From Lama glama (taxonomy: Eukaryota), in assembly GCA_028534125.1 (NCBI GenBank), contig CM052817.1, forward strand, positions 34,164,001 through 34,228,000: DNA of 64,000 bases, written 5' to 3'. Below, piece after piece: positions 13,139-25,742 of this stretch. The translations under genes and the position numbers were made by a program. The notes beneath the pieces were generated by a model. That model was not told where the DNA came from, did not search any database, and was given only the letters and a program-made list of their open reading frames with translations. The stretch's first letter is position 1. Each line of letters opens with the position of its first letter.

Positions 13139-14219
13139 ACTATTTTCTCCATTTTAAAGATGAGGATTGAGTCTTAAGAGAGTTTGAGAAATATACCCCA
13201 AATCTCTCAGCTGGAACTTCTTTGTAATTCTGTCTCTCAGTTCTAGAGAGGAATTGAGGCAGAAAAGTCAAACTGAAATGTGCAGCCACCCATCAGCCAT
13301 CATCACCTCTGCCTGTGGGAGACAATACGAATGGGTCACAGCACACTGCTCTGCAGAGCCAGACAAGGCTTTAGAACCTTCCTGGGAGTGGTACTGTGGC
13401 TGATGAGGGCTGCCTGGAAGCCCAGGAGACAGACCTGTTTGGACACACCAGGAGGAAAAACCTGATTCTGAGGACACTGCTAGAGTGTTATAAAGTGGAA
13501 GGACCAAACGCAGTCATGGAAACCTGGAAGGAAAGGTTTAGGCTACCTACCTACCAACAGGGAAGGAGTCCTACCGCCACCTCCTTCTCCTTGTGGGTGA
13601 CGTTTCCCTGACTCACTACCTTCCCGAGCTTGAGGTGAAGTCAGAGAAAAGAGGGGCGATGTCTCCTGCTACTCTACCTTTGGTCTAGGCCAATGGTTTC
13701 TTTATCATTTAAAAAAATAACTTTGTATTTCAAAAGACATGCTTCAGTGGCTCAATTTTGTCCAAGACAACTTTGCATTAACTTTGCATTTACTTCTCGA
13801 TCAGCAGCAGGAGCTCCATTAAAACCAAATAAAAAGGGAAACATTTTCAGGATCAAAGCAGATGAAACATTACAGAAATGCCATCATCATATGCAAAGGT
13901 CCAATAATTCTACACTGTGAGTCCCCAATTCTTTGCAGTGGTGCTAGAAAAATTAATTGTTTAATCGTAATGAAGACATGGCTATAAGTAATATTAATTG
14001 ATATTGCCTTGGGCCTACATTTTATTCTCCTATCACTGGGAAGGGGATTATTATGCACAGTAATGGATAATCTTCAAAGAGATGTTTTATCATTTTCCCA
14101 CCCCCTGTCCAGCATACACTCACAGGCTCTTTCTCTTGCCTTTATTCCCTGGTGTGACTTCACAAGTTCTCATTCTAGCTAAGAGCGCAGAACAGAACCA
14201 AGTTCTCCTTGAAGAGAAC

Positions 14220-14760
14220 CATGTTTAAAATCATAGCTAACACATATTAAACTCTTAGAAGTTCCAGGCACAGTCTTGTTTATTTAATAATCATCATCTA
14301 GTGCTTACTGTGGGCCAGGTGCTCTTCTAAGCACTTCACAAATGTTATCTCCTTTAATTCTCTCAATTCTATACAATTTTACAAAAGAATGGACCTAGGC
14401 CCAGAAAGGTCAAGTAACTTGCCTGAGGTCACACAGCTAGAAAGTGGCACAATGATTACCTTATGAGCAGGTGTGATGATGCAGCCTAGGGAGTGTATAA
14501 CGTTAGGTGTTCGTGGTTAAGCTCTGGCTCTCTGCTGATGACCTTCACCCTGGGTGTGAACAATACTCACATGCTTTATTTAATTCAGTTAACCCTTAGT
14601 TAACCCAACAAGGTGGGTGCTGTTATTTCTTTTCATTTCACAGTTAATATGAACCAAGACAAAAAAGGCTGAGTAACTTGCCACAGCCACACAGCTAATA
14701 CACGGGATTCAAACCCAGGAGGCAGACTCCAGGGTAGGTACCTGTGTTCAGTACGCTGTA
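14220..14760 (-). mobile_element. Cluster of MIR fragments
   Basis: 'ggtcaagtaacttgcctgaggtcacacagctag' and 'ggctgagtaacttgccacagccacacagctaat...gggattcaaacccagg'. Confidence 0.75.
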
Positions 14761-17449
14761 CAGGGGAGACTTCTCGCTCAGTTTCTGCTATACTTTGCCT
14801 CAGGCATAATTCTCTAATTTCCCCTTTCAAATGAGTCTTGACCACCACTGCTTGTGCTGTTTAGTTTTGTGATTCCTAAATCAACCATTTCATTCCAGTA
14901 TCCAAACATTCACCTCCAGGGTGCTACACAGAGCTGCTCTCGAGGCAAATCCAGACACAGGAGTAAGTCTGCCTCCTTCTCCAACACCAGGGCGAAGATC
15001 ACATGCAATAGTCAGGATTTAGTCACGCTCAAAACCAGGCATTCCTCAGACCATATCATCAAACCTGCTCAAAGAGAACCATTGTGCCGAGGAACAGACA
15101 ACTTCATATCACATGGCTCTTCACCTAAGAATTGGCATTTCTCCAGCAATTAAATTTTCTTGCCTACACATCTGGACCTGTCATTATGGCAGAGTCTGGA
15201 CCAAAGAATGAAACTAAGTTACATTTTAAATAAAAAGGTAAAAGGAAATGTTTGCAAAACCAAGTGCAGTGGAAACACTATCTTTTCAACCATTTCATGT
15301 ATTTAGCATTTGAGGGACATAGACTCTCCCTGGAGATTTTGGAAACCAAAACACCTGGATTCTAGAGGCTCGTGCTAATGTTGTCTTAGAGACAGTCCCT
15401 CTCTCTGTCCCCCAGCGAAGCAGCACATTGCTGTTCATTTCCTGATGGAGAACTCCCGGGAGTTGGAAACAAGATGTTTGCAATGGATGCCCTTTATCTT
15501 TGGAATCCCTTCCTTCCTGGACTGGCAGAATCTAAATCTCTCGGCCTTCAACAAAGCCTGTTCCAAGGTTTGTCTTTTTAATTGAGCTTCCGCTTAAGAA
15601 TACTTAAGACTCTCTGTATTTGCTTACTACTGACACCACTGTGAAACCTGGTCAGACAGTGCAAGGCCCTCATTTTCCCCCTGACTTTTAAAGGGCCAAC
15701 TCAACGCTCATTTAGCTAGTAACTAACCCCCTTCTTGTAGTTTTCTATTAAGAATGTTTTCTTTTCTTAGACCCTAGAAAAAGGCTTTGCAGTGATTTGC
15801 TTAGACCTTAATTTTGACTCTCAGGGGAGTTGAACCCTCTGTAAGAGGAAGCACAGAGAGAAAGCCTGTAGGAGAGGATTTCCAAAGCCAGGCTAAGCCA
15901 GATCCCAGCCTCACATGTGAGCTTCAATCTCCAGAAACTTCAGAACAAATAAGAAGGCATTTAAATTAATTTTAAAATAATTTTAATGTTCATAACTTTA
16001 AAGTTTTAGTAAAGAGAGCTGTTTTTCCTAAGTTTGACTTGCACAAAAAAAATTGAAATGCTGTGTTCTTTGTCCCAATTTGAGTAGCCAAACTGACCTG
16101 AGATCATGAATTTTGTAGGGAGAAAAAAAAATCATATAAACACAAACTTTCCAAAAGCAACATATTTAGTTACTAGAAGTTTGTTTTTTTGCACTGAAGT
16201 CCATTTTATTATGTGTCCCATTGTCCTAGTAAAACTTGAGTGAGGAAATCAAAATGAACGTTAAAATAGGGGCTGATGTTTTGCAGCTCAGCCTGACTCT
16301 CGTTAACTCTTCATCTGCACATTTCCATGTTAGTGACTCTCTGCAAAGCCATCCGTCCCTTTTCCCGAGCTCAGTTCATAATAAGGACTGGGCTTCATGC
16401 TCACCCTGGTTTGCCATCATCCTGCTGTTTCCCAGCACCTGTAAAAACTCCGAGATGGCTTTTTAAGCCACTAAGTTCACTTGTGGCGATACAGGCAAAA
16501 GGCAGGAAGACCCCACGATGTTTGCAGGTCAGACTACTCCCTGAATCTTGGCTTCTGCACTCCTGCTTCCTGCCTGCTCGCCCTTGAAGGAGTCCCAGTG
16601 GGGCCATGAACTGGAAGATGCAGTTCCCACAACGCAGACATGATCAAGACTCCAGGTCTTGGATTTTCTATGACCCCTGGGCCCCTATCTTGCTGACTTC
16701 CCCTCCCCGCCCCTCCTCTCCAGGTGTTTGAAATGACAAGCTGCTATTTATTTTGCTCCGGTTCCCACTTTTAACAGAAACCAGTGGCCAAAGTTGTACC
16801 AGGTGGTGCTGTTGATAAACAAGGAGTTCTAATCCAAGATTTCCTCCTGGAACACCAGCTTCTTTTTTCTGGCTGATGACCGAAGTGGGAGGAAACTTGG
16901 CTACGCCACCTAGATATTTTTCCTTTGGTGGCTCCTCTCCATTTCCCATAGAGTAACAGGAGAAGAGAATGGAACGCTGGCTGTGCAGGAGTCCCTGGGG
17001 GCTATTTCTGGTGGTGAGCAACCTTACTCAACTTACTAAATTCCTGAGGCCAGGCACCTCCCGTCTGAGCCCGATCTCAAGGTGGTACCCACTTGACTCT
17101 GGGACTCCCCAGTCATGCTCCTTCACCTGACACAGCCACGCAATATCCAGCCTTTAGATCTCGTGCACTTGCCATCAGAATACTTCTTGTCTCTGTCCCT
17201 GGACAGAGGAGGTATTCAATAGACATTTTGAAAGTTGAATGAACTACACTCGTTGTTTTCTAGTTTCATTAATATTCTCTTATTCCAGAATGAATGCACC
17301 AATCCAGCGACTGATTCTCCGGTTTCTAAGTTTTGTGAGACAATGGAGTATGCTGGAGGCTGAAGACCTGATGGAGATCAGCTTGGCCATATATTGACCT
17401 TGTGGCCTTGGCTAGTTTCTTCACAGCTGTGAGAAGCACTGATTGAGGG

Positions 17450-18240
17450 ACTATGGATCAAGGGCTGTGTGAAACATGGGAGACAGAGAAATGAAACGCA
17501 TAGTGCCTGCCTGCAAGCAGCAAGGATCCCACGGTCTAGTGGGGATGAAGGGTGTGGAAAACAGCAACATCTGCACGGTATGATGCAGGTGTGTGGTTAA
17601 GATGCCAGGGAGGTGCAGTGAAGAGCCAGTCCAGCTGTTGGTGGGAGGGGCAGCCAGGGACACCTTCCCAGAGGAAGTCACACTTTGACTAAGTCCAGAA
17701 TTATGAGTCAGCCATTCAAGAAAGGGGAAGAAAAGTACTTCTGGCCTAGAGAACAGAACATACAAAGCCAAAAATGGTCAGAGGTTATCAATGACGGTTC
17801 TACAAAGCTGAACTGAATGTTCTCATGCAAGAAGGTAGATGAGGCTAGAAGGTGAGGCAAGGGGCTGTGTTTGATTTTCACCCTGAAGATGGTGGGGAGC
17901 AAGTGAGGGTTTAATACCAGGAGTAGCCTGATCAGACATGCATTCTTGAATGCTCACTCTGACTATGGAAGAAAAAGCAGTAGAGGGAATTAAAATTCAT
18001 TTATTCAACAGATATTTAGTGGCATCTTCTGGGTAGAAGCAGTTTGTAACCTAAGAGGAAGACGTGGAGGCCAATGTAAGATGGTGGGAATGAAGAGAAG
18101 GACATTGACTGGAGAGACATTTAGGAGGTATAATTAATAAAACTCATTGATAGCTTAGCTGGGTGAGGGCAGAAGAGAGCAAAGGGATCTTGGATGACTT
18201 TCAGGGTTCTTTCTTGGGTAATCGGACAGCCAATGATGAC
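17450..18240 (-). mobile_element. L2 LINE fragment(s)
   Basis: Purine-rich reverse L2 motifs ('ccttcccagaggaagtcacacttt', 'atcagacatgcattcttgaatgctcactctg', 'ggatgactttcagggtt'). Confidence 0.7.
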
Positions 18241-18246
18241 ATTCAT

Positions 18247-18430
18247 ATAGTGTTTCTTAACAGAGGTGCTAGTGGCACTTTGGACAAGAAAATTCTTTAT
18301 ATGTGGGACTTTCTTGTGCATTTTTAAATGTTTGGCATCTTTGACCCAATCCACTAAATTCTAGTAGCATTCCTTAGTCATTGTGACATCTAAAAAGTGA
18401 CTCTCCACATTTCCAAATACCCCTTGAGAG
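18247..18430. mobile_element. MER20/MER3-like hAT-Charlie DNA transposon
   Basis: 'gtggcactttggacaagaaaattcttt...gtgcatt...atgtttggcatc...ccactaaattctagtagca...ttgtgaca'. Confidence 0.7.
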
Positions 18431-18741
18431 CCAGAATACCGAAGGAAGAATGTACTGGGGCTGGCAAGGAGGAACGAGACCATTTCGGGCCATCCTCAAT
18501 TTGAGGTACTCATTAAAGCCTTCCATGTCTGCATCTGCTGTGTTCCAGGACACAGGCAAGAGGAGATGCCAACTTCTCACTGCAGCACACCTGCGCTGCC
18601 CTCACTTGCAGACCATACATGAGTTCACCCACCCAGCCATTGCAGAATTTAACTCGTCCAATCAAAACCTAACTTCAAAACAAATTTGAAAATTTTTTTC
18701 AAAGTAATTAGTTATAGCTATCTATCCTTCTTATCCTTTCC

Positions 18742-19036
18742 TTTTTTTTTTAATTGAGTATAGTTGATTCACAATGTCGTATTAGTTTCTGGTGTATAAC
18801 GTGGTGATTCAGTTATACATATATATATCTTTTTCATATTCTTCTTCATTATAGGTTATTATAAGAAAAAAGGATAAGTAATAACCAATTCCACAGATAT
18901 ACAAAAATAAAAAAGAGAATACTATGAATAGCTACATGCCAACAAATTGGACAACCTAGAAGAAATGGGCAAGTTTCTAGAAACATACAGTCTACCAAAA
19001 CTTAATCAAGAAGAAATAGATAATTTGAACAAACCA
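18742..19036 (-). mobile_element. L1 insertion with inverted 5' segment (3' end on - strand; ORF2 piece on + strand)
   Basis: Poly-T plus reverse L1 3' end at 18742-18865 abuts a + strand piece at 18866-19036 encoding ...[33 protein letters not shown] (L1 ORF2). Confidence 0.85.
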
Positions 19037-19684
19037 CTTCCTTCTCCATCTTTCCCACCTCCTGGCACTACCAACCACCCAGACGTTGTCCAGGACTTCT
19101 GAGAGCTGTGGTTCAGCACTGCCTCCAACAGACTACGGAGGTGTGTGAAGGGCAGGCTCACGCTCACTCTCAGCCTGCTCAGTCCTCCATCCTCACTTGG
19201 TTCCATAGCTCTGGTCACCTTGAGCTTCTTTGTTCTAGTGACCCATTAAAATGCCCTTAAGCTTCCCCTCACTCTCTCTTAGGCAAGATCTGATATTCTC
19301 CCATGGCTCTGGTATCAAAGCTCTAAGTAAAAGTTGCCTCCGCTTCTCACCCCACTTCTCACAGGACTCACCCACTTACTGATAAAGCCAGGGGCATGCA
19401 TGTCATTGCCCAGGGCGTATGTGTCAGATAAGAGGATGATGCAAGGGCAGAACTTTGGTGAACATCAACATTGAAGGAGGGAGCAGAAGCAGAGGCATCT
19501 CAAGAGAACCCAAGAAGTAGCAGGCACAGGGTGGGAGGAAAACCAGGAGAAGCCACAAAGGAAAAGACCTCATGAAGGAAGGTCTGATCTAGCATTAAAT
19601 ATGACACGGATGTCAAATACAATGAAAACTAGGAATAAGTATTCTGAACACAGCAATCAGGGGGAAACCGGTATCCCTGGTTAA

Positions 19685-20075
19685 TCAGTCAGGCTAGGCT
19701 AGGTTATGTTGCTTTAACAAATGACGCCCACACCTCAATGACATATAATACCAGAGCAAACATTTCTTGCTCTCATTACAGGTCCACTGTGGGTTATTGG
19801 CTTTTGAGGTGTTCAGGTCCTTTTCATGCTAAGACCCAGGCTTTCAGGGCAGCTTCTACCCAGAGGGAAAAGAGCACTGGATTGTAAAGGTTCTGCTTGG
19901 AATTGATAATTATCATCTTCACTCACATTTCATTGGCCAAAGGCAGTCACGTAACCAAGCTGGATGTCAATGGGACAAGTATAGTCAGAAAGTTGTCTGG
20001 TAGGGAGGAGCCAATAAAAAGAATTCCCACGGGAGGGACAGAAAATATTTTTGAACAATAACATAGTCTGCCTCA
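19685..20075 (-). mobile_element. Old MaLR LTR (MLT1I/K/L-like)
   Basis: 'cagtcaggctaggctaggttatgttgctttaacaaatg' and 'actcacatttcattggccaaaggcagtcacgt'. Confidence 0.7.
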
Positions 20076-20677
20076 TTTGGCCAAGGAGTTTTTCTCTTGC
20101 TCTCAGTTTTTCCTTCTATAAGATGAAGGTGATTATATTACCACCCCTCTCAGGTTGACATGAGGCATAAATGACATGATGTGTGTGAAAAATTACAACA
20201 GAAGATGATTTTATCTCTAATGTACCCAATGCACAGCCATTATTATTATTATTAAATTTTCTCTGTCTATATCATGTTATCCCCCTATATTCAAGAGCCG
20301 TTGCTCCCCGATACCATTCAAATCAGGATCTGATGCCTTCTACCAACTGGCTTGTTTGACGTTCGTTTCCAATGATCCCTCTTTGTACCTACAAGCTATT
20401 CAGACTATGATCTCTGCCTCAAGTGCCTTTCTCTCTCTTTTTTCCCCAAACTCATGTCTCTTATCTCCTTTTGAGGTCACCTCAAAGCCACTCCCTCCAG
20501 AAAGGCATCTTGGATTGAACCAGCTCAACCCTGACGACTCCTCCATTGCTTTGCATGACCTGTGTCATTTGGTCCCAGCTCAGTGTGGTGTGTGAATGTC
20601 CAGCGGTGGTTTCCAATGTATATATGTGTGTGAAATTTTATGAGAATCCTGAGATCGAGGGGATCGGGTTATAAAAT

Positions 20678-21100
20678 GTGTGGTCTATGCTGGTTATTCT
20701 CCCTGTGCTTGTCTCAGTCTATTTTCCACCATTCCCTGTCTTGTTCTGGGCTCCAGGAGGCCGACATCCACAGATGGCAAAACTCAAGATCATTGCCATC
20801 TGCTTGCCAGTTGATTTTCACCAATGGGAGTCATCAAGGATTGGAAGATAGGAGAGAGGCCAGGGTATTTACTCTCTCTTGCACCCTAGGCAGTTACTGT
20901 GGATATAGCTTCCACTGGGCACCTCCCTGCCACTGCTCAGGCTCCAGGAGCACTGTCCCCACCTCCTGCTCCTTCCTGTTACAGAGGCTCGCTCGTGTTC
21001 TTGCAGAAGATGGTGACAACCCCTTCCTCTCCTGCCCCCATGTATATATGTTTAAGGCATTTCGTTAGTCACTTTTCAGTAACACTTCCTTTTGTGTCCT
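20678..21100 (+). mobile_element. ERVL LTR (LTR33-like)
   Basis: 'ctgggctccaggaggccgac...ttgccatctgcttgccagttgattttcaccaatggga' typical of LTR33/LTR16. Confidence 0.55.
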
Positions 21101-21649
21101 TATATTCTCCTCTTTAAGGTCAAGTCCAGTAGCCATGTTGAGAGTCAAGCACAAGGCCCCTTTGATGGCTAAACAAGATCCCTGCCTTCCAGAGGATAGA
21201 TGCTCTACCTGGAGTGATGGCTCATCCGGTCTGAATAATTTGTCTCTTTAAAAAGTCATTGGTCCAAATCAAACTATATAAAAATGCATTCCTATCATCC
21301 TGATGCAGAAGACTTAGTGATCCAAGTAGCGTTATCTTCACCTCGAAATTTCTAGTTAAAAATGGGAAACAGCCTATGGACCATCCCTGAATTACAGTAT
21401 TAAAACCCTTTTAGTATCTGCAGATCTCAACTATACTTCAATTAAAAAAACAAAAAAAAAACACAAACAAAAAACCCAAAAATATTAGGGAAAAACCCTC
21501 TTATAAATTGAACAAAATATGTAAAAGTCCCAAAGAAAGGACAGACTTGGAAGACCTCCGAGGTCACCCTAATTTTCTCATGTTTCTGTAATTCTGTTCT
21601 GTAAAATGGTAGGGTATTGACATCAGTCTGTGGTAATAGGACTTACCTA

Positions 21650-21810
21650 GGCCTTGCCACACAGAGTGACCTACGGGCCAGCAAATCAGCATCACCCAAG
21701 ACCCTGTCAGAAACACAGACCCTCCACTCCACTCCCTGACCTGCTGGGTCAGAATCTGCACATTTAACAGGTGGACCTCTTTGCCCACTGAAATCGAAGA
21801 GACACTGATC
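21650..21810. mobile_element. MER5A-like DNA transposon
   Basis: 'gggccagcaaatcagcatcacc...gtcagaaacacag...gacctgctgggtcagaatctgcacatttaacagg'. Confidence 0.7.
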
Positions 21811-22486
21811 TCAAAGTCCTCTAACAATCTGTGCTGAAGGACTAGTTCTTGGCTTTTTCTTCCTCTAAGCTGTTGTAAATTGTGATACCTTTGAAAATAT
21901 AATAAAAATAAATTATTAGAATAATAAAATAAAAAGACAGAGATGTAAAATACAAGCCCAAACTTTTTATTATTAGATTCAAAAGCCATGAAATTATTTG
22001 GTCAAGTTGATATGGAAGTCTCTAAATAACACCTACTAGCTGTCCATCTGAATTCCTCATCATTGGCCAGTAACAGTTCACAAATGGCCAGCAGACAGTG
22101 GACCACACTTTGAGTAGCCCTGTTCTAAGCATATGCCATTTTACAATGAGAAAACAGGCCCAGATAAACAGCATACCCAAGGTGGTACTGCTGGTTAATG
22201 AAAGACCCAATGTTGACTTTAACATCTCCAAAACTGTTCCTGAGATAATACCCCTAATGAAAATTTTAAATGTTTATTAAGAACTTGATTAAGATCAGGT
22301 GTAATGTTGTACAAGGATTATCTTGTAGTCACTTTGCATCACTGTCATTGAAATTCTGCCAATGACCTCATTTATGGTTGAGGAAACTGAAGTTTAGAGA
22401 GGTTGATCCTTAGCCCAAGGCCCCTTGATTAAGTAAGTGACGAAGCTGATGTTTGAACTCAAGGTTAACCACAAAGTAAACAAGGT

Positions 22487-23024
22487 TGTATTTCTCTCCA
22501 GAGAAACAGAACCAGTTGGGTGAATGTGTGTGTGTGTGTTTAAAGAAATATGTTATAAGAAAGTGACTGATGCAATTATGCAGGCAGGCAAGTCCTAAGG
22601 TCTTCAGGGTGAGTCAAAAGCTGAAGATCCTGGAGAATGAGTGTTTAGGTCCAGTTTGAGTTTGAAGGCTTGAGAACCAGGAGATCCAATGGTGCAGTTC
22701 CAATCAAAGGCTGGCAAGCTTGAGACTCAGGAAGAGCCAATGCTTCAGTTTGAGTCCAAAGGCAAGAAAAAAGATGATGTTTCAGTTCAAAGGCAGACAA
22801 GCAGGAAGAATTCTTCCTCACTCATGGGAGGGTCAGCATTTTTGCTCTATTCAGGCCTTCAACTGATTAGATGAGGCCCACCCTCAGTTTAGGGCAATCT
22901 GCTTTACTCAGTCTACCAATTGAATGTTAATCTCGTCCAAAAACACCCTCAAAGACACACCCAGAATAATGTTGGGCCAAATATTTAGGCACACAGTCAA
23001 ATTGACACTTAAAATTAACCATCA
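22487..23024 (-). mobile_element. ERVL solo LTR (MLT2-like)
   Basis: 'ctccagagaaacagaaccag...(TG)n' start; 'ggccttcaactgattagatgaggcccac...ttgacacttaaaattaaccatca' end. Confidence 0.85.
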
Positions 23025-23069
23025 TGATGTTTAACCACTACCCTGCTCTACCTCCCTTCTCTGCTCTGT

Positions 23070-23440
23070 TCATAAATTATTAATTACAAGGACAAAAGCA
23101 TCAGTTATACAGAGCCCACAGGCTTGGATTTGCAGCCAATCCTATTTTACATTAAAATAATATGCTGGCCCAAAGTCCCTTGGCATCTGGAATTGAGCCA
23201 AGTTTTCTGCCACTTTCTGATAAGGAACACTTTTCCTCCAATATTCAATAACATAATCCTCATTCCCACCTGAGACCTCAGCAGAAGCACCTTTAACATT
23301 CATATCTGTAGTGACATTCTGGTCCTCACAATATTTGTATTCTCTGAGACAATAGAAGCTTTCTCTACAGTTCTCATTTCTTTCTGAATCTTCACCAAAA
23401 TTGCCTTTAATGTCTATTGTTACCAATAATATCTTCAAGA
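23070..23440 (-). mobile_element. MaLR internal sequence (MLT1-int) ORF remnant
   Basis: ORF 23142-23438 GNFGEDSERNENCRESFYCLREY...EVSGGNEDYVIEYWRKSVPYQKVAENLA resembles the recalled MaLR internal ORF. Confidence 0.75.
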
Positions 23441-23442
23441 TA

Positions 23443-24061
23443 GTTTTTTTTCTTTATTGAAGTACAGTCAGTTACAGCCTGTCAATTTCTGGTGTACAGC
23501 ATAATGTTTCAGTCATACATGTACATACATACATTCCTTTTCATATTCTTTTTCATTATTGGTTACTACGATATATTGAATATAGTTCCCTGTGCTGTAC
23601 AGAAGAAATTTGTTTTTTAATCTTTTTTTATATCTATAGTAGTTAATATTTGCAAATCTCGAACTCCCAGTTTATTCCTTCTCCCCTTCTTCTCCCCCGG
23701 TTACCATAGGCTTCTTTACCATGTCTGTGAGACTGTTACTCTTCTGAGATGAGTTCTTTAGTGTCTTCTTTTTTCTTTCTTTCTTTTTTTTTTTTTAGAC
23801 TCCACATATGAGTAATATCGTATGGTATTTTCCTTTCTCTTTCTGGCTTACTTCGCTTAGAATGACAATCTCCAGATCCATCCATGTTGCTGCAGGCAGC
23901 ATTATTTTATTCTTTTTTATGGCTAAGTAGTATTCCATTGTATAAATATACTACAGCCTCTTTATCCAAACCTCTGTTGATGAGTATGTAGGTTGTTTTC
24001 CATGTCTTGGTTATTGTTATAGTGCTGCTATGAACATTGGAGTGCATATATCTTTTCAAAT
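23443..24061 (-). mobile_element. 5'-truncated lineage-specific L1 3' end
   Basis: Poly-T, then 'ttattgaagtacagtcagttaca...ggtgtacagcataatg', extending into the ORF2 C-terminal region. Confidence 0.9.
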
Positions 24062-24062
24062 C

Positions 24063-24476
24063 TGTATCAGTCAGGGTTCTCCAGAGATTTATCTTAAGGA
24101 ATGGGGAGTTGGCACATCCAAAATTCATAGGGCAGGCCAGTTGGCTGGAAACCCAAGCAGGAGTTGATGTTGTTATCTTGTCTTGAATCCAAAATTTGTA
24201 GTGCAAGTGAGCAGGCTGGAAACTCACATAGGAGTTTAGGTTACAGTCTTGAGGCAGAATTTCTTCTTCTCTGGAAACCTCAATTTTTATTCTTACAGCC
24301 TTCAACTGGTTGGATGAGTCCTAGCCACATTATCAAGGGTAATCGCTTTTACTTAAAGTCAACTGATTGTGTATGTTAACCACATCTACAAATTACCTTT
24401 CCAGCAATACTAATATTTGATTCAATAACTGGGTACAATAGCCTAGCCATGGTGACACTGAAAACTAACCATTGCA
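24063..24476 (-). mobile_element. ERVL solo LTR (MLT2-like)
   Basis: 'tgtatcagtcagggttctccagaga' start; 'ccttcaactggttggatgag...gtgacactgaaaactaaccattgca' end. Confidence 0.8.
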
Positions 24477-24479
24477 ACT

Positions 24480-24730
24480 GCCCATCACCACCCTACCCTC
24501 CCTGGTGCTCCTAATCCCCTACCGCGATCTTTATTTATTTATTTTATGCCCTAGCACTGAACACTTTCTATCACATTATATCATTTACTTATTTATTATG
24601 TTATTTATTGTGTGCTCCTCTCCCTCGAATTTACAAAGGTAAGGGATCCTTTCTGTTTTGTTCACTGATGTAGCCCAAATACCTAGAATAGAGCCTGGCA
24701 CTCAATAAATATGAGTTGAATGAAGGAATC
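24480..24730 (+). mobile_element. L2 3' end
   Basis: 'ttgttcactgatgtagccc...cctagaatagagcctggcactcaataaatatgagttgaatgaa'. Confidence 0.75.
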
Positions 24731-24939
24731 CAGGTTTTGCCATTTAATAGAAAGTAACAACCAATGGATGAATTATTTAGCTTCGCTGAACAATTAAAAG
24801 CAAACAAATAAGAATCTATCTCTGAAGGTTGTTCTGATGACTTCTGTAATCCCCTAAACCCAGAGGCAGATGCAGATGTGAGGGTGTGGGGATGTGGGTG
24901 AACCCTGAGGAACTGCTGAGGACGGCAGGGCATCCCCAT

Positions 24940-25285
24940 AGCAGGAGCTCTCGACCGCGGCTGCACTTTAGAATCATCTGGAGAATTTTTTAAATTCCCA
25001 GTGTTCAGGCTGCAAGTCAGTCAGAACCTCTGGGCGTGGGATTCAGGCATCAGTACTTTTTAAATCTTCCTGGGAAACCTGTGGTTGAGATTCAGAACTA
25101 CACATTTCAAGCTCCAGTTCTCACTCAGACCAGCGCTTCTAAAACTTGAACGTGCATCCAAAGCACCCGGGGGTCTTGCTAATGCTGCAGACAGGCTCTG
25201 GTTCAGTATCTCTGGTGCTGAGAGTCTGCATTTCTAAGAAGCTCCCAAGTAGATGCTAGTCAGCATTTACATCTTCAGTAGCAAG
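24940..25285. mobile_element. Two adjacent MER5-like DNA transposons
   Basis: 'gctgcactttagaatcatctggaga...tcagaacctctggg' and 'cagcgcttctaaaacttgaacgtgcatc...tctgcatttctaagaagctccc'. Confidence 0.7.
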
Positions 25286-25479
25286 AGTCTAGTCATTTCT
25301 GATCCAAAGTAGACCCTGGAGGCTTGAAGTCATTCTGGAACGAATAGAGGAGTTTGTATCGACTCTAAAGAGAGTATGGGATGGCTCCAAAAATTATAAA
25401 GAAGTGGGTTGACCTAAAAGCCTTCCTAAACCACACATACTGCCCTGCAGTCTGCAAGCTGGTGTGGTGGTAAAGTAGT

Positions 25480-25742
25480 GCACAGTGGTGATTCAAAGTG
25501 TGAATCCTGAAGTTAAATTCTACATGAATTCAAACCCTGGGTCCACCCATCTCCAGCTGTGCGGTCCGGTCTTTAGTGTATCACTTAATTGTTCCATGCC
25601 TCAATTTCTTCATCTGGAAAATGGGGGTGTTAGCAACATTTACCTCATATTCTTGTCATAAAGATCACATGAGTTAATACAGATAAAGCACTTAGGACAG
25701 CGCCTGGAGAAGAGTAAGTGCTCATTAATCGTTAGCTATTAC
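25480..25742 (+). mobile_element. MIR SINE
   Basis: 'gcctcaatttcttcatctggaaaatgggg...aaagcacttaggacagcgcctgg...gtaagtgctcattaat'. Confidence 0.8.
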
